A DNA stretch of 64,000 nt from Candidatus Poribacteria bacterium. GTDB lineage: Bacteria > Poribacteria > WGA-4E > PCPOR2b. The position numbers and the translations under genes are program-made. Positions 36,088 through 45,661 of this stretch are shown here, one piece after another. The first letter of the stretch is position 1. Each line of letters begins with the position of its first letter. Where the stretch lies: the NCBI GenBank assembly GCA_965208675.1, contig OZ242351.1, forward strand, positions 1,376,001 to 1,440,000, written 5' to 3'. The notes below the pieces were generated by a model that was not told the origin of the DNA, did no database searches, and was given only the letters and a program-made list of their open reading frames with translations.

Positions 36088-38784
36088 TTAGAAACTGTAT
36101 CCGACTTTGGCATACCAATACGCACCGTTGAACCCGAACGGACTGAATTGACCGTATTGGTTACCGATATTTCCGGATTTCGGATTTTCGTCGGGATACT
36201 CGTTGAGGATGTTCTGGACGCCGATAGTCATGATTAAGCCGGAAGCTGCCATGTAACTTGATTCCACATCGAAAAGCACTTTGCCGGTGTACGTCTCATC
36301 ATCTTCAGAATCATACCAGTCTCCAAAATAACTGCCCCGACCAAGCACGCTCCATTGGCTGGTTACGGATTGTGTTAAAGTAAGACTTGCGCGTTGTTTG
36401 GGGAGGTTCTCTTCCAGTTCTTTTATCCGATGCTCATCAAGCGTCTTCGGGTTGAATTTGGTAACTTCCGTCACAGTGCGGTTATAAACGGCAGTGACAT
36501 CACCTTTTGCTACTGGCACTGTGAGAACAACATCTACACCGTTGGTCGTTGTATCGAAGTCATTGGTAAAGAACCGAAACTCCTGTAGCCCGGCTGCACT
36601 AGTTACACCTTCCGCGAGCAACTGTGCCCTTTGTTCGTCAGTTAGTAGGTTATCTTTGGACAATGCCAAGCGATCAGTCATCCGAATATCAAACAGGTCT
36701 ACGGTGAGATTTATGTCCCTAACCTCAAACGTGAAGCCACCGGTGAAATTCTTTGACTTTTCCGGATCAAGCGAGTTATCTTCCTCCCCCGTCACAACTG
36801 CAACAGCAGGATTGGTTGAAGGGATAGTGCCGTTATTGACCAAATCATTCTTTTCAAAATTAAATTCTGTCGTAATGTTGAAGGCGTTCTGTTGCCCAGG
36901 CGTCGGCGCCCTAAAACCGGTGCTATAACTGCCGCGGAATTTCAGGACCATCTCATCATTGGCGAGCATACCGGCGTCTTCAAGGAAATCCGTAATACCG
37001 ACATTGGTCGCAACTTTATAGTTGAGCGTCTGTCCAAAATCTTCAAAATCCTCACCGCGCACTGCAAGACCGACCAGCCAGTGCTTATGCGGCCTGACTT
37101 CGCTTTCCAGATACGCTGCGACGTTTGCGCGGTTCCATTCGCCGGCAGCAATTTGGCTGAATCCGGAAAATCCGTTAGTTGCCGGCTGGTAACCCTGACC
37201 CGTCAAAGGACCGATTTGATACGATTCTCTTTGACCTTCTACAATCTCAAAGCCTTCGTTTCGATATTCTAAACCGGAGGCGAGGAACAGCCGCTCACTG
37301 AGTTCGTGCGTCACATCGAAGTTGAGGTTATAATCGGTCTGGATGTAGTCACCCGGATCAAATTCCGTGGGTGTAGCCGGCCCGAGAGAGGCGTTCACGG
37401 TATTGAAGATAAAGAAATCGGCATGATGCCGTCCAAAGTAGCCACTCAAATCCCAACCCAGTCCCGAGTTTAACACAGACTCCAGCGCGGTGCCTTGAAC
37501 CCCGACGAGCACGGAACTATCCACTGTATTTGCCCCGAATCTCGGTGTGAATCCTCCCGGAAACCACTCTCTGTACGAGAACAAATTCGGGTCATCAACG
37601 ACTTCTTGCCACTGCGCTGGATCAGCCGGGACACCATTTGCAATTGCTGTACGCTCTTCTGCGTTGGTAGCAACGGTTTTACCGGTCTCAGGGTGAGCTA
37701 ACAGTATGTCGTCATCCTCTTTCGCCGTTCCTTCCGGCAAACCTTCCAAATTCGCAACGAGTAAGTAAAATTCGTCCGGATCTCCGTCCTCGTTTGTATC
37801 GACGTTGCGGCCAAACACACCACTGCGTGTGTTAGGATTTCGGAAATAGAACCCGCCTTCCACGCTTTTGCTGGCGTAGTTTGCGTGCCCGTAGAACTTG
37901 ATGTTATCCGTGAGAGTGCTTCCATAGTTGGCGAAGAATTTGATATCATCCTCTACTATGGGTTGGCCCCAAATTTGGGCGGGATCCCTCACGCTGAAAT
38001 TACCAGCAGAAACAAGTGCATTGGCATCATCGCGTTGTACCGAGCGGATAGTCGGGTCTGAACCACCATATTCTAAGCTGAGGTTTGCCCAAGTATCCTC
38101 GCTCCCCAGACCGATATTGCCGGCCACTGCGTATTGGCGGCCATCTCCATACCGATAAATGCCCGGCTTGAATTCAAAAGAACCGCCCTGATGGCTGTCC
38201 TTGAGTTGGAAATTCATCACACCTGCAATGGCATCGGATCCGTATTGCGCGGAGGCGCCATCTCGAAGTACTTCTACCTGTCTCAGCGCAATCGCCGGGA
38301 TAGCAGACAAGTCAGGTCCTTGCGCGCCATCGGCCAACCCGTTTCCTAACCAGTGAATCACAGCCGCGCGATGACGACGTTTATTGTTGACCAACACCAA
38401 GGTGTGGTCGGGCGCCAATCCTCTTAAATTCGCAGGCCGAACGACCGTTCCTGCGTCGCTAATCGGTTGAATGTTGACGTTGAATGAAGGCACCAAGTTT
38501 CTAAACATGTCTTGTAAATCAGTGATGCCTTGCTTAGCGAGATCATCGCCACGAATGGTGTCAATCGGTACAGCAGATTCAATGACGGAACGGGGACGCG
38601 CCCTTGACCCGACGACTACCTGTTCTTCGAGCTCAATGACCGCTGCGCCTGATTCCATATCTGATGCCATGTCATCTTCAGTTGAGTCTTCCTGTGCTAG
38701 GGACACCGGTAATCCGCTCACCAAAAGCAGTGCCGCAATCCCTAAGGCTATGGTAAAAGTTCTAAAACTCAGCTCTTGTTTCAT
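36088..38784 (-). CDS. TonB-dependent outer-membrane receptor
   Basis: Signal peptide; TonB-box-like EQVVVGSR; plug motifs LRGLAPDHTLVLVN and VEVLRDGASAQYGSDAIAGVMN; FRAPT; C-terminal YSF. Confidence 0.95.
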   Translation of the reverse strand: MKQELSFRTFTIALGIAALLLVSGLPVSLAQEDSTEDDMASDMESGAAVIELEEQVVVGSRARPRSVIESAVPIDTIRGDDLAKQGITDLQDMFRNLVPSFNVNIQPISDAGTVVRPANLRGLAPDHTLVLVNNKRRHRAAVIHWLGNGLADGAQGPDLSAIPAIALRQVEVLRDGASAQYGSDAIAGVMNFQLKDSHQGGSFEFKPGIYRYGDGRQYAVAGNIGLGSEDTWANLSLEYGGSDPTIRSVQRDDANALVSAGNFSVRDPAQIWGQPIVEDDIKFFANYGSTLTDNIKFYGHANYASKSVEGGFYFRNPNTRSGVFGRNVDTNEDGDPDEFYLLVANLEGLPEGTAKEDDDILLAHPETGKTVATNAEERTAIANGVPADPAQWQEVVDDPNLFSYREWFPGGFTPRFGANTVDSSVLVGVQGTALESVLNSGLGWDLSGYFGRHHADFFIFNTVNASLGPATPTEFDPGDYIQTDYNLNFDVTHELSERLFLASGLEYRNEGFEIVEGQRESYQIGPLTGQGYQPATNGFSGFSQIAAGEWNRANVAAYLESEVRPHKHWLVGLAVRGEDFEDFGQTLNYKVATNVGITDFLEDAGMLANDEMVLKFRGSYSTGFRAPTPGQQNAFNITTEFNFEKNDLVNNGTIPSTNPAVAVVTGEEDNSLDPEKSKNFTGGFTFEVRDINLTVDLFDIRMTDRLALSKDNLLTDEQRAQLLAEGVTSAAGLQEFRFFTNDFDTTTNGVDVVLTVPVAKGDVTAVYNRTVTEVTKFNPKTLDEHRIKELEENLPKQRASLTLTQSVTSQWSVLGRGSYFGDWYDSEDDETYTGKVLFDVESSYMAASGLIMTIGVQNILNEYPDENPKSGNIGNQYGQFSPFGFNGAYWYAKVGYSF

Positions 38785-38898
38785 GATAAGGGAAATCCTC
38801 CTTACGTTTAGAAGCGTGTTTCCGTTTAAGTGAAAATGCGGCCGCCACCTCGGCGACCTTGAGTTATCCGTATCAGTGTTGACGTGCCTCTCCTGCGG

Positions 38899-38927
38899 AT
38901 TATAAGAAAACTATGCCATATGGTCAA
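38899..38927 (-). promoter_or_regulatory. Sigma70 promoter for the TonB-dependent receptor
   Basis: TTGACC-N17-TATAAT on the minus strand. Confidence 0.7.
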
Positions 38928-39082
38928 TTGTATTCATCCAAGAGTCGAATCAAAAACTTTTGGACTTTTCTCATTGGAATCACCAACAATTGTAGCATAT
39001 AAATAAACGACATTTAACAAAAAAGTAAACCGTAAATTAGGTATATGGAAAAAAGACGTGGGCAAACGCCCTAGCTGTCGGT

Positions 39083-39901
39083 TCATTTTGCTTTGAGCAT
39101 GCCCCATGTTACGGCGAGTTTACCATTCGGAGAAACGGCAAGCACATCGCCTAATCCGCTCTCAAAAATAGTCTCGATTTCATCGGCAGTTAAGGCGACA
39201 CTAAAAACTACAAGTTGGTCAATGTCGCCGTTGAAGAATTCAGTCGGACCGTTATCTATTCTTGCACCGATTCCTAATGTGTCAACCGTTGTGTTCTCAT
39301 TATGCAATCTAGACCAATACTTGAAGGGACCGTCAATCTTTGAACTCGCTTTTTCTTCACCGTTCGCGTAAAGACTTACCTTATCCTTCCAGTCGACGGA
39401 GAACGCTACATGAATCCAGGCGCCCAACGGCACATCCTCGACAGGGATTAACAGACACCCTGCGGGATTGACATCGCAGTTGGGGACGTTACGCTCCATC
39501 CTCAATTCAAGTCCTCCGTTACCTGCGAGTTCGCCGAGAAAGTATCCGCCCCAACGCCAGCAATTGTAGATTCGCTGCCATCCCGACCGCACTTTAACCT
39601 TAACCCACATTGAGACGGAAAAATTTTGCGGATCATTGAATTTGAACGGTTCGGGATCGACTTTCATAAAACTTTTGCCGTCAAAACTCATGGCTTTTTT
39701 TAATTTGCCGTCTACCAATTTCGGGTCGCCATTAAGTTCACCGTTATGCCCGCCCACGGAGTCTTGCGTGCCGTCGCCCTGATCGAAATCCCACCGAGAA
39801 ACAACGTCATCTAATGCAATCTGTGAATACGAGAGACCGCTGAACATCAGTCCCATGAAGATTATGCTAGATACGCAGAATCCTTTCGAGGTTGTTTTCA
39901 T
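39083..39901 (-). CDS. Secreted LamG/concanavalin A-like domain protein with C-terminal KLxxxWGxxK motif
   Basis: Signal peptide, WDFDQG, FSVSMWVK, WIHVAF, LYANG, FFNGDIDQL and AVSPNGKLAVTWGMLKAK; start at 39901 fits the promoter at 39956-39985. Confidence 0.88.
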   Translation of the reverse strand: MKTTSKGFCVSSIIFMGLMFSGLSYSQIALDDVVSRWDFDQGDGTQDSVGGHNGELNGDPKLVDGKLKKAMSFDGKSFMKVDPEPFKFNDPQNFSVSMWVKVKVRSGWQRIYNCWRWGGYFLGELAGNGGLELRMERNVPNCDVNPAGCLLIPVEDVPLGAWIHVAFSVDWKDKVSLYANGEEKASSKIDGPFKYWSRLHNENTTVDTLGIGARIDNGPTEFFNGDIDQLVVFSVALTADEIETIFESGLGDVLAVSPNGKLAVTWGMLKAK

Positions 39902-39955
39902 TTCGATATGTCCCCACATTTGCCCGTAGACCGTGAGATTTGAATGCACAATTTC

Positions 39956-39985
39956 AGTATAGACCAGTCTTGATGGATTTGTCAA
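39956..39985 (-). promoter_or_regulatory. Putative sigma70 promoter for the LamG gene
   Basis: TTGACA-N18-TATACT on the minus strand. Confidence 0.6.
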
Positions 39986-40248
39986 TCATTATAACACATA
40001 TTGAAAAAAAAGCAAATATAAGGTATCGGGTTTCCAATTTAAATGTGCCTAGCGGGCAGTCACATATAATTAGAAAACCTGACAGCCCATTTTCACCGCC
40101 GTCTGATGTGTTACTTCTAACGGATGCGGGTAGCCACACCAAGGTAACTCCCGCGAACCAACTTTCTCTTGCAATTTCACTGTAAATTGTATCAAAGTCT
40201 TACATAAAGATCTCCCATTGCAATTCAGCAACATTTTCCACAAATGAA

Positions 40249-40277
40249 TTGCCTTAATGCTCCGTTTTGGTTATAAT
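40249..40277 (+). promoter_or_regulatory. Putative sigma70 promoter for radC
   Basis: TTGCCT-N17-TATAAT. Confidence 0.55.
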
Positions 40278-40352
40278 CTGATAAATCCATTATTATAAAG
40301 TGGACTCATCGCAGAATACAATACAACTTCTTACTTAATTTGGAGCCGAAAA

Positions 40353-41051
40353 ATGGAATCTACAAACGATGGGGGTCGCAATACAGACTTCGCCGATGAT
40401 GAACGCCCGCTGGAAGAACTCTATAGGTATGACCCGCACGTATTGAAAACATCACAACTTATCGCGCTTATCATTCGTACGGGAACAAATGACGATTCGG
40501 CAGTTCAACTTGCTGAACAGTTGCTGGAGAAGTACAACGGCAACCTGAAGGACATGGCTATGGCTAACGTGGAAGAAATCAAAAAGGGTATCATAGGTTT
40601 AGGAAAAACCAAAGCCGCTCATATCGTCGCTGCACTCGAACTAGGTAGGCGTTTGGCTAAATATCTGGAAGAAAAGCCGCAAATTTCCGCTCCCGCAGAC
40701 GTTGCACGAATCTTAATGCCGTCTCTACGTGATCTCAAGCAAGAAGTGTTGCACGTGCTCTGTCTTGATACGAAAAACAACGTGACCAACCAACGTCAAA
40801 TTTTTGAAGGCAGCTTAAACGTAAACATCATTCACCCTCGCGAAGTGTTTCGCTTCGCAATTGAGGAGGCATCCGCATCAATAATCCTTGTTCACAATCA
40901 TCCATCGGGCGATCCATCGCCAAGCAAAGAAGACATTCGAGCGACAAAACAGCTAATCGAAGCCGGGAATTGCATTCAGATCCCTGTGCTGGATCATATA
41001 ATCATAGGGGATGGCAGCTACGTTAGCCTAAAGGAGGAAGGATTGATTTGA
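40353..41051 (+). CDS. radC: RadC family (UPF0758) JAB-domain protein
   Basis: ERP, LIIRTG, HPREVF, HNHPSGDPSPSKED and VLDHIIIG. Confidence 0.93.
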   Translation: MESTNDGGRNTDFADDERPLEELYRYDPHVLKTSQLIALIIRTGTNDDSAVQLAEQLLEKYNGNLKDMAMANVEEIKKGIIGLGKTKAAHIVAALELGRRLAKYLEEKPQISAPADVARILMPSLRDLKQEVLHVLCLDTKNNVTNQRQIFEGSLNVNIIHPREVFRFAIEEASASIILVHNHPSGDPSPSKEDIRATKQLIEAGNCIQIPVLDHIIIGDGSYVSLKEEGLI

Positions 41052-41172
41052 ACTATCCAACGCAATGCGGTTTTTGACACGCCTATCTATGCTGCACGCT
41101 TTCGCGCGACATCGACAAATGGCAATGTGATTTACCTCTGTACATCGCGTAAAACCGTAATAGTCCTAACCC

Positions 41173-42852
41173 TTATCCGGTCACCGCTCCTTTTGATGCC
41201 GAAGATACGAGTTTCGCGTATTTTGCCATAACGCCGCGGTTATAGCGCGATGTTGGTAAGTTCCAGGAGCTAAGCCGTTCTCGGATTTCGTCATCTGAGA
41301 GTAAGACTTCGAGACCACGGCTCTCTACATCAATAGAAACGACATCGCCGTCGCAAAGCACCGCAATGGGTCCTCCGCGCGCAGCTTCTGGGGCAACGTG
41401 TCCTATCATTAGACCGTGCGTAGCTCCTGAAAACCTTCCATCTGTCAAAAGCGCAACCGAATCGCCAAGTCCGGCGCCAACGATTGCCGCAGTCACACCG
41501 AGCATTTCCCGCATGCCAGGACCGCCTGCGGGGCCTTCGTAGCGGATGACTATTACATCTCCGGGGTTGATTTCGCCGCCCTTAATCTTTGCAAACGCAG
41601 CTTCTTCGCAGTCAAAAACTCGCACGGGTCCTGTGTGCGTCAGCCGCTCATTTCCCGCAACTTTGAGGACACTCCCGTCCGGTGCTAAATTTCCCTTGAG
41701 CACGACAAGCCCTCCCGTTGCCTTAATGGGCTCTGAAATAGGACGCACAACTTCCTGTCCTGCAGCTTCAACTGCGGTAGACGCCTCTTCGCCGATGGTT
41801 TTTCCAGTCACGGTCAATTCGTCCGCATGAAGGAGTCCTGCATCGAGCAGCCGTTTGGCTACGAGCTGGATACCTCCGGCGAAATGGAGATCCGCCGCGA
41901 CAAAACGCCCACCCGGCTGAAGATCTGCATAGAGCGGGGTGCGTAGATTTATCTCTTGAAAATCATCAAGCGATAATGGAATATTGGCTTCGTGCGCGAT
42001 AGCGAGTAAGTGAAGAACACCATTGGTGGATCCGCCCGTCGTCGCGATTGAGGCAATGGCATTTTCAATTGACCGCCGCGTGATGATTTGGTTAGGCCGT
42101 GTATCGTTGGCTAACATTTCCATCACCAACTGACCTGCTTGAAAGGCGACCTCATCTTTGTTAGCATCTACCGCCGGGACACTCCCGCTTCCCATCGGCG
42201 CCAAACCTAAAATCTCAATAGCTGTTGCCATGGTATTTGCGGTGTATTGCCCCCCGCATGCACCAGGCCCGGGGCATCCTTTACTCGAAAGTTCATCGAG
42301 TTCGTCAATCGTAATCTTGCCGACTGCATAAGTACCAACTGCCTCGAAGACATCCTTGATGGTCACATCTCGGTCCTGAAACCGACCCGGCATGATTGAA
42401 CCGCCGTAAAGCATCAGCGACGGAATATCGAGACGTGCGAGCGCCATGGTCGTTCCGGGAACAGTTTTGTCGCAACCCGAAAGGGCAACCACCGCGTCGA
42501 ACATGTTCCCCCGAGCGACGAGTTCAATTGAGTCAGCAATAATTTCGCGGCTGATGAGCGAAGTTTTCATACCCTCAGTGCCCATCGTAATTCCGTCAGA
42601 AATACTTACGGTGTTGAACTCAAGCGGTGTTCCACCGGCAGCTCGAATCCCTGCTTTGACTTTTGCCGCGAGCCTGCGGAGGTGATAGTTGCACGGCCCG
42701 ATTTCAATCCATGTATTGGCAACACCGATGAGCGGCCGGTCCAAATCCCCAAGCGATAGTCCGCCTTCACTAAACATGAGCATCGCTCGAGCCGCGGCAC
42801 GATCTGGACCATCTGTGATGGCGTAGCTTCGGGGTTTAAGCTTGTTTGCCAT
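41173..42852 (-). CDS. ilvD: Dihydroxy-acid dehydratase
   Basis: PCNYHL, SDGITMG, GCDKT, GACGGQYTANTM, GGSTN, YEGPAGGPGMREM and TDGRFSG; start at 42852 behind GGAGG. Confidence 0.95.
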   Translation of the reverse strand: MANKLKPRSYAITDGPDRAAARAMLMFSEGGLSLGDLDRPLIGVANTWIEIGPCNYHLRRLAAKVKAGIRAAGGTPLEFNTVSISDGITMGTEGMKTSLISREIIADSIELVARGNMFDAVVALSGCDKTVPGTTMALARLDIPSLMLYGGSIMPGRFQDRDVTIKDVFEAVGTYAVGKITIDELDELSSKGCPGPGACGGQYTANTMATAIEILGLAPMGSGSVPAVDANKDEVAFQAGQLVMEMLANDTRPNQIITRRSIENAIASIATTGGSTNGVLHLLAIAHEANIPLSLDDFQEINLRTPLYADLQPGGRFVAADLHFAGGIQLVAKRLLDAGLLHADELTVTGKTIGEEASTAVEAAGQEVVRPISEPIKATGGLVVLKGNLAPDGSVLKVAGNERLTHTGPVRVFDCEEAAFAKIKGGEINPGDVIVIRYEGPAGGPGMREMLGVTAAIVGAGLGDSVALLTDGRFSGATHGLMIGHVAPEAARGGPIAVLCDGDVVSIDVESRGLEVLLSDDEIRERLSSWNLPTSRYNRGVMAKYAKLVSSASKGAVTG

Positions 42853-43182
42853 GCCTAAAATTTCCTCCATACTGTCTGTAAAAGTCGATCAATCATAACA
42901 AATCTTTACGAATTTGCCTGTATCGACAATAACCAACGGACCAGCCGATTTTCCTAGACCCATTGACCGTTCCTGTCCGTTGACATCGTATCTGAACTGC
43001 AATGAATCTTAAGCGCACGGGCGCCAGTGGTATGCGTCTCTAGTAGCGTGAGACTGACAGGCAACACGGCGTGTTGCGGCGAATCTTGAGCCAATGGCTA
43101 CAAGTCCATGTCACTCTGCAAATTCCACACTTAAGCGCTATGAAATGCCGCACGCCCGGATATTGAATGAACACCACACGGT

Positions 43183-45534
43183 TTACTTCATCCCAATCCA
43201 CGAGCCGATAACATGTCCGTATTTCGCAATTAACCCTGCGAACACCACTGATACCATCGACATCAACTTAATGAGAATGTTGAGTGACGGGCCCGAGGTG
43301 TCTTTGAACGGATCTCCGACCGTATCGCCCACGACCGTCGCTTTGTGCGGCTCGGAACCCTTGCCCCCGTGTGCGCCCTGCTCAATGTACTTTTTAGCGT
43401 TGTCCCAAGCACCGCCGGCATTCGCCATCATAACGGCAAGCACGAAGCCGGTTGCCAATCCGCCAGCAAGCAAGCCAAGCACGCCCGCGACACCGAAGAC
43501 TAATCCAACAGCCACCGGAACGATAATGGCTATCATTGAAGGAAGCACCATTTCTCTCTGTGCGCCGACGGTTGATATTCCAACGCACCGGGCGTAATCC
43601 GGTTTTTCTTCACGTTTCATGATACCGGGCCGTTCTTGGAATTGTCGGCGAACCTCTTGCACCATCGCCCCCGCAGCGCGTCCGACAGCTTTCATCGTCA
43701 AGGCGCAGAAAAAGAACGCCATCACAGCGCCGATGAACAATCCAATTAAGACCTGTGGATTCATTAGCGTAACGTCATAATAAGACATGAACTGGGATAT
43801 AGAGACCTTGGCTGTATCAACCATACCAACTCCAGGGATATCTAGCTGATGCTTGTCCGCAAGATGGATCAATCCATACCGAATCTCTTCAAGATAAGCG
43901 GCGAGCAGCGCGAGGGCGGTCAAAGCGGCGGACCCAATCGCGAATCCCTTGCCAGTTGCCGCGGTCGTGTTGCCGAGGGAATCAAGCTGATCTGTACGCT
44001 GCCGAACGATCGGATCGAGCTCCGACATCTCCGCATTACCGCCAGCGTTGTCTGCAATCGGTCCGTAAGCATCCGTCGCCAGCGTGATGCCGAGCGTTGC
44101 GAGCATTCCCACGGCTGCAATACCAACGCCATAGAGTCCCATCAGCGTATCGGTTGCCCCTCCCGGCAGATAGAAACTGACGGCGACAGCCGCGATAATT
44201 GTGACTACAGGAATGGCGGTTGATTGCATGCCAACAGCGATACCCTCAATGATAACGGTAGCCGGACCGGTCTGGGCTTGATCTGCGATGCCTCGCGTCG
44301 GTTTATAATCGTGAGACGTGAAGACCTCTGTCACTTTTCCGATAATTAGGCCAGCCAACAGCCCCGCCACAATTGCGCCCCAAATCTGCCACTTGTTCGG
44401 AAAGTCAAGGTATAACAGCACCGGAATCGAAAAAATTGCGATGCCAATTGCGCTCCCGTTGATACCGAGATTGAGCGAACCCATCAACTGCTTCATTGTT
44501 GCGCCCTCTCGGGTGCGCACCATGTAAATCCCTAAAATTGAGAGAATCACACCAATTCCCGCAATTATCATTGGTGCAGAGAGGTATTTCAGTTGCAACG
44601 CAATGTTGCTATGGTCCTTCGCGGCAACAGCAGCAACGCCGAGCGCAGCAGTCGCTAGAATCGATCCAGCGTAAGATTCATAGAGATCGGCGCCCATGCC
44701 CGCAACGTCACCCACGTTGTCTCCCACGCTGTCAGCGATAGCTGCTGGGTTACGAGCATCGTCTTCGGGAATCCCGGCTTCAACTTTCCCTACCAGATCG
44801 GCGCCAACATCTGCCGCTTTTGTGTAAATACCGCCGCCCACGCGCGCAAAGAGCGCCTGTGTGGATGCGCCCATACCGAAACTTAACATGATTACGGTGA
44901 TTTCGGGGAGCGGGTTTTCAGCCAAAAATCCCGGAAAAATCTTTGGAAAGAGATAGTATAGAATCAGGAACCAGCCGGCAATATCCAGCAGTGCGAAGCC
45001 AACTACCACTAGCCCCATTACTGCACCCGCGCGAAAAGATATCCGCAGCCCCGCATTTAACCCTTCCATTGCGGCGCTCGTTGTGCGAGCCGATGCATTG
45101 GTTGCGGTCTTCATTCCCAAAAATCCGCAGAGTCCCGAGAAAAAACCACCTGTCAGAAAAGCAAAGGGAATGACCTGGTTCTGAGCCTTCAAGACAAACG
45201 CCATCACCAGAAAAATTGCGCACAGTACCGCAAAAACAATACCGACAACCTTGTATTGCTGTCTCAAATAAGCCATTGCACCGTCGCGAACAGCCTGTGC
45301 GATTTCACGCATCACGGGTGTACCCTCGTTCTGCCGCATGACGGATTTGTAGAAAAAATACGCGAACCCCAAAGCGAACAGTGAGCCAACGGGGGCGATC
45401 CACCATGCGGAAGGCACCGTTGGCAGCGATTCAGTTTGGGCAAGAGCAGAATTTGTAATTCCAAACAGCAGACCCATTATTATCAGATAGCCGCGACTCC
45501 GATTACGGAGCCGATTATCAATTGTTTCAGTCAT
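43183..45534 (-). CDS. hppA: Membrane-bound K+-dependent Na+(/H+)-translocating pyrophosphatase
   Basis: GGGIYTKAADVGADLVGKVE, DNVGD, DAYGPIADNAGG, GNTTAA and GDTVGDPFKDTSGP. Confidence 0.95.
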   Translation of the reverse strand: MTETIDNRLRNRSRGYLIIMGLLFGITNSALAQTESLPTVPSAWWIAPVGSLFALGFAYFFYKSVMRQNEGTPVMREIAQAVRDGAMAYLRQQYKVVGIVFAVLCAIFLVMAFVLKAQNQVIPFAFLTGGFFSGLCGFLGMKTATNASARTTSAAMEGLNAGLRISFRAGAVMGLVVVGFALLDIAGWFLILYYLFPKIFPGFLAENPLPEITVIMLSFGMGASTQALFARVGGGIYTKAADVGADLVGKVEAGIPEDDARNPAAIADSVGDNVGDVAGMGADLYESYAGSILATAALGVAAVAAKDHSNIALQLKYLSAPMIIAGIGVILSILGIYMVRTREGATMKQLMGSLNLGINGSAIGIAIFSIPVLLYLDFPNKWQIWGAIVAGLLAGLIIGKVTEVFTSHDYKPTRGIADQAQTGPATVIIEGIAVGMQSTAIPVVTIIAAVAVSFYLPGGATDTLMGLYGVGIAAVGMLATLGITLATDAYGPIADNAGGNAEMSELDPIVRQRTDQLDSLGNTTAATGKGFAIGSAALTALALLAAYLEEIRYGLIHLADKHQLDIPGVGMVDTAKVSISQFMSYYDVTLMNPQVLIGLFIGAVMAFFFCALTMKAVGRAAGAMVQEVRRQFQERPGIMKREEKPDYARCVGISTVGAQREMVLPSMIAIIVPVAVGLVFGVAGVLGLLAGGLATGFVLAVMMANAGGAWDNAKKYIEQGAHGGKGSEPHKATVVGDTVGDPFKDTSGPSLNILIKLMSMVSVVFAGLIAKYGHVIGSWIGMK

Positions 45535-45661
45535 AAAATTCCTCCTAATGAGAGTTGAAAGTATACATCAGTCACTTGCAAAAAGCCGCGCTGTTCAACG
45601 ACATTATTCTCTTTTTTTTGACCTACTTCGGAAAACTTTTTCAGCCATTGCATCAAAATCA

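Noticed and set aside
38785-38898. Possible glycine riboswitch (GGAGAG...CTCAAGG) upstream of the TonB receptor
   Set aside because: It lacks the CCGAAG and CTCTCAGG core and the proper stems; kept only as an unassigned structured leader.
40353-41051. radC as a marker of a mobile element
   Set aside because: It is the full-length chromosomal type with its N-terminal region, and no integrase, transfer genes or att sites are nearby.
41173-42852. IlvD as the missing sugar-acid dehydratase of the deoxysugar cluster
   Set aside because: Its motifs fit a standard branched-chain dihydroxy-acid dehydratase, and it is 27 kb away and unlinked.
42871-43182. Inverted repeats upstream of ilvD (CAACGGAC/GTCCGTTG; GCAACAC/GTGTTGC) as an attenuator or T-box
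   Set aside because: No Ile/Leu/Val-rich leader peptide, T-box motif or U-tract is present.
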